From Desulfovibrio sp. (GTDB lineage Bacteria > Desulfobacterota > Desulfovibrionia > Desulfovibrionales > Desulfovibrionaceae): DNA of 64,000 nt. The notes beneath the pieces are model-generated. The model ran no database searches, was not told the DNA's origin, and saw nothing but the letters and a program-made list of their open reading frames with translations. How positions within the stretch are numbered: position 1 is the stretch's first letter; each line of letters opens with the position of its first letter. The stretch covers positions 151,455 through 215,454 of the forward strand of contig NZ_JAAVBE010000019.1 of NCBI RefSeq assembly GCF_014803725.1. The letters are read 5' to 3'. Shown here piece by piece: positions 39,513-48,858 of the stretch. A program made the position numbers and the translations under genes.

Positions 39513-42500
39513 TTAGCCGTTGCTCAACACGATATTCTGCGCGGCCTGCTCGCCGGCATCAGTGCCGCCGGTGCTGTCCACGGTCAGCGTGGTTTCGAGT
39601 GAGACGCCATCCCCATTTTCATAGGTAGTGGTTTTGTCGTTGCCCTCGACCTTGTGCCACTGGTCGCCCAGGATGAGCTTGTTGCCTTCCACGCTGAAGC
39701 CATACTTGGCGGCAAGGGCGTCCATGTTCTGCAGGCTCGTATCCACGCCCCTGATCATCACCTCCACGTCATTGACCATGGGCATCTGGTCGTCATGGCC
39801 CTCGCCATTCCTGTTCTGCCAGTTGCCTATCATGTCCGCCAACGTGTGCTGGGTCCCGGTGCCGTCCGAGAGCAGGAAGTCGATGCCCGTTCCACCGTCC
39901 ACGAGGTAGTCATCGGCGTCATAAACGATGAGGTCGTTGCCGCTTCCGCCGAAGAGGCTATCCTTGCCCGCGCCGCCGTCCAGGAAGTCGTTGCCCGAGC
40001 CGCCGAAGAGGAGGTCATCCCCCGCGCCGCCAATGAGCGTGTCGTCGCCGGAACCGCCGATGAGGATGTCATCGTCATTGCCGCCGTCCAGGTGGTCATT
40101 GCCGCCCGCGCCGTGGAGAAGGTCGCTGCCGGAAAGGCCGTAGAGGGTGTCGTCACCGCCCGCGCCCTTTTCGAGATCCTGCTCGGCAGCCTCGAGGTTC
40201 TTCGCAATAGTATGCAGCTCGTCAGCCGTCTTTCCCGCCAGCTCCTCAGCGTTGGCAGTGAGGTCCTTGTCCCGGCTGACTTCAAGAAGGTCGCGCAGTT
40301 GTCCCTTCGCCGCATCGGTGCCGTCCCCGTCGCCCATCATGACATCGGTGCCGTTGGTGCCGAAGAGCAGGTCATTGCCCGCGAGACCGTGTACATTGCT
40401 GTGGGTGTCCTCCGCCTTGTTCGTCTGCATGTTGGCGGCGATTTCATCGGCATGCGTCTTTACCTCGTCAATGCCGTAGCCATTGGCCGCAAGCGCGCCG
40501 ATGAAGGCGGCAGCATCGCCGAAGAGGATATTGTCCGCGGCGTCTCCCTTCGGGGTGCTTTTGCCGTTCTTGTCATAGGCCGCGTCGATGAAGACATACT
40601 TGTCGCCAACCTTATGCGGGTCAAGATTGGTCTCAAGGCGGAGATGGACGCCGTCCTTTTCATATTCAAACGTCTTGCCGCCGTCCTTTGTCGTCCAGCG
40701 GTCGTCAACGGTCATGATGTGGCTCTTGCCGTCAATGACCACGCCGTACGACGCCAGGGACGCGAGGCTCGTGATGCCCAGGTTTTCCACATGGGTGGTA
40801 TGCAGGGAAGTGATGAGCACCTCCACCCCGGCCACCATCGGCTTGTCTTTGCCGCCCTCAATCATTTCCGCAAGGGTTGGTGCGTCCTTGCCGCCCGCCA
40901 GCAGGATGTCGATACCGTCGCCGCCGTGGATGATCAGGTCGTTCTGGTCGTAAACGATGATGTCATTGCCGGAGCCGCCGAACAGCATGTCCTTGTCCGT
41001 ATAGCCGTCCACCGGCTTGCCGTTGCCGTCCAGGTAGTCGTCACCGCCGCCGCCGAAGAGGATGTCGTTGCCGACGCCGCCATAAAGCGCGTCATTACCC
41101 TGCTCGCCCTTCTCCATTGCGTTCATAAGCGCATTCAGCTCTTCGGGCGACTTATCGAGCAACGCGTCCCGAACCTGCTCAAAGGCAGCCTTGTTGGCGC
41201 CGGTGACGCCCTTGTTCTGGCCCAGGCTGTTCACGCCGTTCCCGATATTCTCCTTCCCGGTTCCGATACCTTCCTTGAAGGCCACGTCGAGACCAAGGCC
41301 ATCGAGCAGCTCCCCGAGGGGACTGTCCTCCCCGTTGTCCAGGCCGTCGCCCAGCATCAGGTCGTTGCCGCCCTTGCCGTACATGAGGTCATTGCGTTCA
41401 TGGCCGCGCAGCAGGTCATACGCATTGTCAAACAGCACGGTGTTGGAATCGGTTCCCCAGTCGGTTTCGTAATAGCCGGTTTCCACATTGTGGAAGCGCT
41501 CAAGGTCGCTCGGGTTGGACATGTCGATGTTTTTAACCAGACTCGCCGTGTCGCCGTCCGCATCCTTGACCTTGAATGTCACATTGAAGTCGGCCTTGGT
41601 GTTCTCACCCTTCTTCGCAAACTCGTAGAACTGCTTGATGGTCCAGGTGCCGTCCTGATTGAGGCTGCCTTCAAACAGGGTGACGGTCTGCCCGTGCAGA
41701 TCAAATGTCGCCGTGACGGTGGTTGGGGTAGATGTCAGCTGTGCCACATATTCCCCCGCATCAGGGCCGGTGAGGATGTTGAATTCCTTCAGCTCGGCTT
41801 GGCTCCAGTCCCAGGTGATGGCATTCTCTGTCGCTTGGCCGTCCGCCCCGAAATCAACGTCAACCTGGCCCTTGTATTCCTGCGCGGTGTGGGTGAAGCC
41901 CAGCGACTTGATGCCGAAGGCGGAGGCCGTATGGTGCACAGAATCGGGGGCAGCGGAAATGATCACCTTGGTGTAGCCGTCCGGCACGGCGATATGTATC
42001 TTGCCAGAGGCATCGAGATCCTTGGAGCTTATCTCCACCATCTTGACCAGGCTGTCATCATTGTTGTTCTTGGGCGTGAGATAGAAGCAGATGAGCGCCT
42101 TTTCGCCTGCTCCGAGACCACCGAACTCGATATTCGTACCGTAATAAATGGTGCCTTCGGTGTTTTCAAAGACCAGCGCTTCGGAGTGCTTCGCATCCGG
42201 CATGCTCAAGCCGTTTTGATCGTAATTTCCTCCCCACGTCCCGACGGTCAGGCCATTCTCCCCCATCGCCAGTATCTTGTCGGCTTTGGACGCACCCCCG
42301 TTATATGCATTATTGATATCCTTTGAGTAATCCACCGTGTACCCGTTCTCGGTAAAGGTGTATTCCACAAAGGTGGGAATGATCTGGATGCCGCCATAGG
42401 TGCCCATATAGGCGTTGGCAGTCGGGAGATAACTGGCATAATTCCCGGGGTGCTCGGGATCAAATATGGGATGATTGCCAGAGCTTCCCATAACATACTT

Positions 42501-44372
42501 GAAGTCCCAGCCCTGATCTTCGAAGTACTTCGCAGACGAGGTGAGGCTGTTTGGGGTGTTGAATTGCAGGAAGGCGACATCGTCCCTGCTGTCCACGCCG
42601 GCGAGCTCATAGGGCGCGTCTCTTATGCTCGGTCCGTCGTCCTCAATGGTGATGGACACGTTGTTGTTTGTGGCCGTGCTTCCGCCCTTGTCCGTGCCCG
42701 TCACGGCGATGCCGGTGATGCTGATGGAGTCGCTGTCCACAGCATGGCCGGCGGGGTCAGTCATGCTCGCCGTCATGGACACCGTGCCATCGGGCTTGAC
42801 CTCGCCGATGGTCACCGTCAGGGTCACGCCGTCACCATTGATGCCGACCAGCGTATCCGTGCCCTGTCCCGTCCATGTGAAGTTGTTATTGGCTGCTCCT
42901 TCAACCGTGATGGCCTGGTCGGCCGCAAAAACCACCGTCGTCACGTCCTGCGGCCCGTCGAAGAGGTCGGCGGACTTCTGCTCGCTCGCTACCTTCTCGC
43001 CCGCGGCGTCCCCATCCTTGAGCGTGAACGCGATGCCCGTGGCTTTGGGGCCTTCCGAACCGGGATCGACCGGCTTAAGCGGCGTGTTCACAAGGTCAAT
43101 GGTCAGCGTGTTGCTGGTGACATCGCCGTCCGCGTCCTTCACCTGGTAGTGGAAGACCTCGTCCTCCACGCCCTCGGGCAGCACGGCCTTCCCGTTGTCA
43201 TCTTTGAACCCATCCTTGAGCGCGTAAGTATAGCTGCCGTCCGGCTGGATGGTCAGGGTGCCGTACGTGCCCTCCACCGTGGCGCCGAGGGCATTGCCGT
43301 CGGCGTCCGTCAGCGTGAGCGAGCCGGTCATCCAGCCGTCCGCGCCGGCAGTGTCATTGGCGAGCAGGTTGCCCGTGACCTCGGTCTTCCCGCCCTCGGC
43401 GAGGGTGTTGGTGTCGGCCACGCTCGCGGCCACATCGTCCCGGATGATGATGGTGATGCTGCTGGAGGCGGCATCGCCGTCCGTGTCGCGCACGGTGAGC
43501 GGCAGGGAGTGGGCGATGTGGTCCTGCCCGGGCTGGCCGTGCTCCTGCGTGGCTTCAGTGAGGGTATAGGTGTAGGTGAGGCGCCCGGTGGCGGGGTCAT
43601 AGGCGAAGTTGTGGAAATAGCCCTCGTCGGTGTGGAACTCGGGCTTGCCAACCATCTGGCCGTTCTGCCAGATAACCTGGCCGCCGATCTCGATGCTGGC
43701 GAGCCCGTCGGGGGCGGAGACGCGCATGGCGCCGTTGACCGAGACGGAATCGCCGTCACGCAGGCCGCCCTCGCTCACCAGGCGCACGTCGCCGGGGGGC
43801 ACGATGCCCGCATTGCCGGGCTCGCCGCCGTCCGGGACGCCCGGGATGCCGGGGATGCCCGGGGTGCCGGGAGGCACGGGCGTGGGATCTTCGGGCGTGA
43901 GGGTGACGGGATTGTTGCCGCCGTCGTCATCGTGGGTGTAGCCCACGGCATTGGGGTGGTCCTCCCACTCGAAAGCGCGGGAGAAGCCCCAGTCAAGGCC
44001 GTCGAGATGCTGGATGCCGCCGGTGAGGGCGGAATCGCCCCACTCGTGGAAGCGCGCGCCGTTGGCGACGGTGCCCGTGCCGGGGCCGGCTGCCGGCATG
44101 AGGTCGGGCTCGTTCATGGCCTCGAAAAAGTCCGCCGCGGCCACTTCGGTGCCGTCGATATTGAACGAGGGCAGGTTGTCGCCGTTGTATTCCTGATAAA
44201 AGCCCTCGAGCTGGAGCCGTGAGCCGTCCTGAAAGCTGATGTTCAGGTTGTCGCCGTCGCGGGCGAGGGTGGCGTCCGAGGTGGGGAAGTCGAAGACGAA
44301 ACGGGCGTCGGGCGCGCACTGGACGGACTCTGAAGCACCGGCGGCGGGCTTGGCGAGGCGGATGTCGGCCAT
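39513..44372 (-). CDS. Large T1SS-secreted RTX adhesin (LapA/BapA-like), 1619 aa
   Basis: N-terminal retention-like domain with PAAG; VCBS/cadherin-like repeats (G.YGTLTIQPDGSYTY, DADGD); multiple GGxGxD nonapeptides; no Sec signal. Confidence 0.9.
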   Translation of the reverse strand: MADIRLAKPAAGASESVQCAPDARFVFDFPTSDATLARDGDNLNISFQDGSRLQLEGFYQEYNGDNLPSFNIDGTEVAAADFFEAMNEPDLMPAAGPGTGTVANGARFHEWGDSALTGGIQHLDGLDWGFSRAFEWEDHPNAVGYTHDDDGGNNPVTLTPEDPTPVPPGTPGIPGIPGVPDGGEPGNAGIVPPGDVRLVSEGGLRDGDSVSVNGAMRVSAPDGLASIEIGGQVIWQNGQMVGKPEFHTDEGYFHNFAYDPATGRLTYTYTLTEATQEHGQPGQDHIAHSLPLTVRDTDGDAASSSITIIIRDDVAASVADTNTLAEGGKTEVTGNLLANDTAGADGWMTGSLTLTDADGNALGATVEGTYGTLTIQPDGSYTYALKDGFKDDNGKAVLPEGVEDEVFHYQVKDADGDVTSNTLTIDLVNTPLKPVDPGSEGPKATGIAFTLKDGDAAGEKVASEQKSADLFDGPQDVTTVVFAADQAITVEGAANNNFTWTGQGTDTLVGINGDGVTLTVTIGEVKPDGTVSMTASMTDPAGHAVDSDSISITGIAVTGTDKGGSTATNNNVSITIEDDGPSIRDAPYELAGVDSRDDVAFLQFNTPNSLTSSAKYFEDQGWDFKYVMGSSGNHPIFDPEHPGNYASYLPTANAYMGTYGGIQIIPTFVEYTFTENGYTVDYSKDINNAYNGGASKADKILAMGENGLTVGTWGGNYDQNGLSMPDAKHSEALVFENTEGTIYYGTNIEFGGLGAGEKALICFYLTPKNNNDDSLVKMVEISSKDLDASGKIHIAVPDGYTKVIISAAPDSVHHTASAFGIKSLGFTHTAQEYKGQVDVDFGADGQATENAITWDWSQAELKEFNILTGPDAGEYVAQLTSTPTTVTATFDLHGQTVTLFEGSLNQDGTWTIKQFYEFAKKGENTKADFNVTFKVKDADGDTASLVKNIDMSNPSDLERFHNVETGYYETDWGTDSNTVLFDNAYDLLRGHERNDLMYGKGGNDLMLGDGLDNGEDSPLGELLDGLGLDVAFKEGIGTGKENIGNGVNSLGQNKGVTGANKAAFEQVRDALLDKSPEELNALMNAMEKGEQGNDALYGGVGNDILFGGGGDDYLDGNGKPVDGYTDKDMLFGGSGNDIIVYDQNDLIIHGGDGIDILLAGGKDAPTLAEMIEGGKDKPMVAGVEVLITSLHTTHVENLGITSLASLASYGVVIDGKSHIMTVDDRWTTKDGGKTFEYEKDGVHLRLETNLDPHKVGDKYVFIDAAYDKNGKSTPKGDAADNILFGDAAAFIGALAANGYGIDEVKTHADEIAANMQTNKAEDTHSNVHGLAGNDLLFGTNGTDVMMGDGDGTDAAKGQLRDLLEVSRDKDLTANAEELAGKTADELHTIAKNLEAAEQDLEKGAGGDDTLYGLSGSDLLHGAGGNDHLDGGNDDDILIGGSGDDTLIGGAGDDLLFGGSGNDFLDGGAGKDSLFGGSGNDLIVYDADDYLVDGGTGIDFLLSDGTGTQHTLADMIGNWQNRNGEGHDDQMPMVNDVEVMIRGVDTSLQNMDALAAKYGFSVEGNKLILGDQWHKVEGNDKTTTYENGDGVSLETTLTVDSTGGTDAGEQAAQNIVLSNG

Positions 44373-44920
44373 GATTTGTCCCCTTTCTGGTTCTTTTTAA
44401 TGATTCGGTTGCGGTGTATTGGTTATGGGAGCGTCCTTTCCTTTTTCCTGCGGGCACGGGGCCAAAACAGAAAGCCCCGAAAACGCCGCAAAAGCGCTGT
44501 CTCAGGGCGGTGGAGCATTGCCATCGGGCACGCGAAACGCCGCGCCCATGCCACACGGGCGCTTGGACTCGGGAGAGGGAGAAGGAGTGGAGGGAGCGAG
44601 CATTTTCCGTTCCTGCCGTGACCGTTGAGAAGCGACGGACCCGCGCGGGCGAAACATCACCGCAAGCGGGCATTCCGGCGGGGCGCGCCCCCATGCGGGG
44701 CCGGCGTGGCCGGAACATCGCCAATACAGTCGAGCTCCAGGGTCGGCAGGAACTCTTCCGAAAGATGGCTTCGGATGGCCCCATGGTAGGCGCTTCGGCA
44801 AAAATGTCAAGCGGGCGCAGCCCCGCGGCCGGGGCAAAAATGGCTTTTCTCCCGCCGTGGTCTGTGGCATACTCCCTGCGCCGCCCCCTTTTCGGGGCGC
44901 CCAAACGCAAGGAGCCGCCA

Positions 44921-45682
44921 ATGCCGGGCCGCAGCCGTTCCATCCATCTCTCGCTCCATATCCACAAAACGCCCGAGGCCATGGCGGAGCGCGCCGCCCA
45001 CATCTTCGCCGCGGCCTGCGAGGAGGCCGTGAGCGAGCGCGGCGTCTTTCGCATCGCCCTTTCCGGCGGCCAGACGCCGGTCGCGCTCTTCCAGCTGCTC
45101 GCCAAGAGCGACTGGGCCGACCGCCTGCCCTGGGACAAGATGGTCTTTTTCTGGGTGGATGAGCGTTGCGTGGGGCCCGACCACCCCGAAAGCAATTACG
45201 GTATGGCCCGGCGCGAGCTTCTGGCCCACGTGCCGGCTACCCACTTCTACCGCATGCGCGGCGAGGCCGACCCGGTGGAGGCGGCAAGCCGCTACGAGGC
45301 GCAGATCCGCGAGGATTTCGGCCTTGCGGAGGGGCAGCTGCCGCGCTTTGACTTCATCCTGCTTGGCATGGGCGCGGACGGGCACACGGCCTCCATCTTC
45401 CCCGGCTCGCCGCTTCTGGGCGTGAAAAAGCCGGAGGAAAAGCGGCGCCTCGTGGCCGATGTGTATGTGCCGGAACGCAAGGCCGACCGCATCACCCTGA
45501 CGCTGCCGGTCATCAACAACGCGCGGCTCTGCATGTTCCTCGTGGCCGGGGCGGAAAAGCACGCCGCCCTCGCGGACGCGCTCAACCTGCTCACCGAGCC
45601 GGTGCTGCCCGCCCAGCGCGTGCGCCCGCGCGTAGGCGACCTCATCTGGATCGTGGACGAGGCCGCGGCCCTGGGCCGCTGA
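44921..45682 (+). CDS. pgl: 6-phosphogluconolactonase
   Basis: IALSGGQTP, DERCV, SNY, LLGMGADGHTASIFP and RITLT motifs; GGAG RBS. Confidence 0.93.
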   Translation: MPGRSRSIHLSLHIHKTPEAMAERAAHIFAAACEEAVSERGVFRIALSGGQTPVALFQLLAKSDWADRLPWDKMVFFWVDERCVGPDHPESNYGMARRELLAHVPATHFYRMRGEADPVEAASRYEAQIREDFGLAEGQLPRFDFILLGMGADGHTASIFPGSPLLGVKKPEEKRRLVADVYVPERKADRITLTLPVINNARLCMFLVAGAEKHAALADALNLLTEPVLPAQRVRPRVGDLIWIVDEAAALGR

Positions 45683-45727
45683 GCCCGCCAGAGGGGACGG
45701 CCCCGCGCCCCTGCACCTGAACCTGCC

Positions 45728-47599
45728 ATGACAGCCAACGCCAACCTTGAGGCCCGCCTCCACGCCGTTCTGGACCAGCTCCCGGGCGGCGTCTGCGCTC
45801 CGGGCTGGCGCCTGCTCTACGCCAATGCCGGCCTGCGCGCGCTTTTGGGCATCGGCGCGAAGCTCACGGGCGCGACGGATGCGGCAGGCAGCCCGCCGGC
45901 AGAAGCCCTCGCCACCTGGCTCGGCCAGGGCGCCCTTGAGGGCTTCGACGGCCACGGCGATGCCCGCGAGGACGCGAAACAGCGCGGGCGCCTCCTGTTC
46001 CGGCACGGGGGCGGCTCCACCTACCTTCTCCACTGGTGGGAGGCGGGCGCCCCGGACGAAGCGGGCAGCGAGGAAGGCAACGGCGAAGCGGACACCGGAG
46101 ACGGGAGCGGCGGCAGCCACGCGGCCCTGCGCTGCTTCACCGTGCAGGAGCTGCCGCCCGGCGGCCTCGAGCAGGCGGCCAGCCACTCCTTGCGCGAGCT
46201 CGACAATGTGCTGGAATCCATCCATGACGGCATCTGGGTCATCGACGGCCAGGGCGTGACCCGGCGCATCAACCGCGCCATGGAGCGCATCGCCGGCATC
46301 CGCGCCTGCGAGGTGGTGGGCCGCCACGTGAGCGAGCCTTTGCGCGAGGGCCGCTTCAAGACCTGCGTCACCCTGCGCGCGCTGGAAACGCGGCATACGG
46401 TGACGCTCTTCGACGACTATTCCAACGGCAAGCGCTGCCTCAACACGAGCACGCCCATCTTTGACGCGGACGGCAAGGTCTGGCGCGTCATCGCGGCCAT
46501 CCGCGACATCACGGAGCTTGAGAACCTCCAGACCAAGCTCTCCAACCTTGAGGTGGAGGCGCTGGCCTACCGCCTGCGCGCCCAGGGGCTGGAGGGCGAG
46601 ACGGCGAGCGGGCTGCTCGGCCAGAGCCTGCTCGTCCAGCGCGTGCGCCAGGACATCGCCAAGGCCGCGCAGGCCGAGGCCGTGACGCTCATCCTCGGCG
46701 AGACGGGCACCGGCAAGTCGCTGGCGGCGAAGCTCATCCACGACATGAGCGCCCGCGCGGACAAGCCCTTCGTGGCCGTCAACTGCGGCGCCATCCCGCC
46801 GGCGCTCATGGAATCGGAGATCTTCGGCTACGAGGGCGGCGCCTTCACGGGCGCGGCGCGCGGCGGCAAGCGCGGCATGCTGGAGCTGGCCCAGGGGGGC
46901 ACCCTGCTCCTCGACGAGATCGGCGAGCTCTCGCTGCCCATGCAGGCCAAGCTCCTGCACGTGCTGGACGGCCAGCCCATCTACCGCGTGGGCGGCACCC
47001 AGCCCATCACGGCCGACGCGCGCCTCATCGCGGCCACCAACAAGCCGCTGGACCGCATGGTGGCCGAGGGGCGCTTCCGCGAAGATCTCTTTTACCGCCT
47101 GCGCGTGCTCTGCGTGGAGATGCCCCCCTTACGCGAGCGGCGGGACGACATCCTCCTGCTCGCCTGGCACTTCCTGCGCAAGATCGGCCAGGAGACCGGC
47201 ACCACCAAGAGGCTTGACCCGCGCACCGAGCAGATCTTCCTCGCCTACGGCTGGCCGGGCAATGTGCGCGAGCTCCAGAGCGTCATCCAGTCCCTGCTCA
47301 CGCTCTGCGAGCGGCAGAACATCCTCCCCGGCGACCTGCCCTCCTACATGCGCGAGGCCGCCGAGGAACTGCCCGAGCCGGCGGCGCCCCGCGAATCCAT
47401 GACTTCCGCGGTGGAGCGCCTCGAGCGGGACATGCTCTCCTCTGCCCTCGCCGAGACGGGCAGCACCTACAAGGCCGCGCGGCGCCTTGGCATCAGCCAG
47501 TCTTCGGTGGTGCGCAAGGCGAAGAAATACGGGCTGCACACCGCCGGCGCGCCGGGCTGGACCGAACGCATCGCCGCCGCGCCCGGCAGGGAGAAATGA
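45728..47599 (+). CDS. Sigma54-dependent enhancer-binding protein (PAS-AAA+-HTH, TyrR-like)
   Basis: PAS domain, GETGTGKS Walker A, intact GAFTGA, LLLDEIGE, WPGNVREL and C-terminal HTH. Confidence 0.92.
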   Translation: MTANANLEARLHAVLDQLPGGVCAPGWRLLYANAGLRALLGIGAKLTGATDAAGSPPAEALATWLGQGALEGFDGHGDAREDAKQRGRLLFRHGGGSTYLLHWWEAGAPDEAGSEEGNGEADTGDGSGGSHAALRCFTVQELPPGGLEQAASHSLRELDNVLESIHDGIWVIDGQGVTRRINRAMERIAGIRACEVVGRHVSEPLREGRFKTCVTLRALETRHTVTLFDDYSNGKRCLNTSTPIFDADGKVWRVIAAIRDITELENLQTKLSNLEVEALAYRLRAQGLEGETASGLLGQSLLVQRVRQDIAKAAQAEAVTLILGETGTGKSLAAKLIHDMSARADKPFVAVNCGAIPPALMESEIFGYEGGAFTGAARGGKRGMLELAQGGTLLLDEIGELSLPMQAKLLHVLDGQPIYRVGGTQPITADARLIAATNKPLDRMVAEGRFREDLFYRLRVLCVEMPPLRERRDDILLLAWHFLRKIGQETGTTKRLDPRTEQIFLAYGWPGNVRELQSVIQSLLTLCERQNILPGDLPSYMREAAEELPEPAAPRESMTSAVERLERDMLSSALAETGSTYKAARRLGISQSSVVRKAKKYGLHTAGAPGWTERIAAAPGREK

Positions 47600-48207
47600 T
47601 GGAAGAACTCACCGTCGGCCGGCTCGTGGGCCTCGCCATCAAGCTCTATGCGCTCATGACGCCGCCCGCCGTGCTCAGCGCCTTCATTTCGCACATGCGC
47701 GGCCACACCAAGCGCGAGAAATATCTCGTGGCCTGCAAGGCCTCGCTCGCCATCTTCATCGTGGGCGAGGTGCTGCTGGTCTTCGGCTCCAGCCTTTTCG
47801 GGCTCTTCGGCTTCACGCTGGACGCCTTCCGCATCGGCGTGGGGCTGTTGCTCTTTCTCACGGCCATTTCCCTCATGAACGACGACGACACGGCCCCGCC
47901 CGTGCAGCGCGGCGCGGACATCAGCGTGGTGCCGCTGGCCATCCCGCTGGGCATGGGCCCCTCGGCCATCGGCGCGGTCATGGTGCTGGGCGCCCAGTCC
48001 ACCGGGGCGCACGATTTGCTCGTGGATACCTTCTGCCTGCTTCTGGCCTCCATCTGGATGGCGGCGCTGCTCTGCCTCGCTGACCCGGTGCAACGGCTCA
48101 TCGGGCGCACGGGCATCGCGGTCATGGCAAAGCTGACCGCGCTTCTGCTCTCGGCCATCGCGGCGCAGGTGATCTTCACGGGCATCCAGGGCTTTCTTCG
48201 GCAGTAA
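47596..48207 (+). CDS. MarC family membrane protein
   Basis: FGFTLDAFRIG and ISVVPLAIPLGMGP motifs. Confidence 0.9.
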   Translation: MMEELTVGRLVGLAIKLYALMTPPAVLSAFISHMRGHTKREKYLVACKASLAIFIVGEVLLVFGSSLFGLFGFTLDAFRIGVGLLLFLTAISLMNDDDTAPPVQRGADISVVPLAIPLGMGPSAIGAVMVLGAQSTGAHDLLVDTFCLLLASIWMAALLCLADPVQRLIGRTGIAVMAKLTALLLSAIAAQVIFTGIQGFLRQ

Positions 48208-48246
48208 AGAGGCCCCCAGGGGTCAAGCACAAAGGACACACACGGC

Positions 48247-48849
48247 ATGGACGGCCTTATCAGCGATGTGGTGGGGACCAGCATCAAGCTCTACGCGCTC
48301 ATGACGCCCCCCGCGGTGCTCAGCGCCTTTCTCGGCCACACGCGCGACTACGACGCGCGCAAGAAGCACGTGACCGCGCTCAAGACCTCCACGGCCATCT
48401 TCGTCATCGGCGTGGTGCTCTACCTCTTCGGCTCCAGCCTGTTCGAGCTTTTCGGCTTCACGCTGGACGCCTTCCGCATCGGCTCGGGCGTGTTGCTCAT
48501 GCTCACGGCCATCGCCCTCATGCGCGACGACGGCGAGACCGACCATGTCCACACCGACGGCGACATCAGCGTGGTGCCGCTGGCCATCCCGCTGGGCATG
48601 GGGCCGGCCTCCATCGGCGCGGTGATGGTCATGGGCGCCTCGGCCAGGAGCTCGCACGAGCTCACACTCGGCGTGTTTTCGCTGCTTTTGGCCGCGTTCG
48701 GCATGTTCCTGCTCCTGCGCATGGCGACCCTGGTGGGGCGGGTGCTTCGCGCCACGGGCATCGCGGTGCTCGCCAAGCTCACCGGGCTTTTGCTCGCGGC
48801 CATCGCGGCGCAGGTCATCTTTACGGGAGTGCGCGGCTTTCTCGGATAA
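48247..48849 (+). CDS. MarC family membrane protein (tandem paralog)
   Basis: Same motifs as the upstream copy. Confidence 0.9.
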   Translation: MDGLISDVVGTSIKLYALMTPPAVLSAFLGHTRDYDARKKHVTALKTSTAIFVIGVVLYLFGSSLFELFGFTLDAFRIGSGVLLMLTAIALMRDDGETDHVHTDGDISVVPLAIPLGMGPASIGAVMVMGASARSSHELTLGVFSLLLAAFGMFLLLRMATLVGRVLRATGIAVLAKLTGLLLAAIAAQVIFTGVRGFLG

Positions 48850-48858
48850 GGAGCCCAC

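Noticed and set aside
44440-44520. Possible c-di-GMP-I riboswitch or sigma54 promoter upstream of the adhesin
   Set aside because: The GAAA/GCAAAA-like words are on the wrong strand and lack P1/P2 pairing; the GG-N10-GC matches have poor -12 elements.
44414-44920. 169-codon N-terminal extension of pgl
   Set aside because: Low-complexity translation of an intergenic region; the RBS and homology start at 44921.
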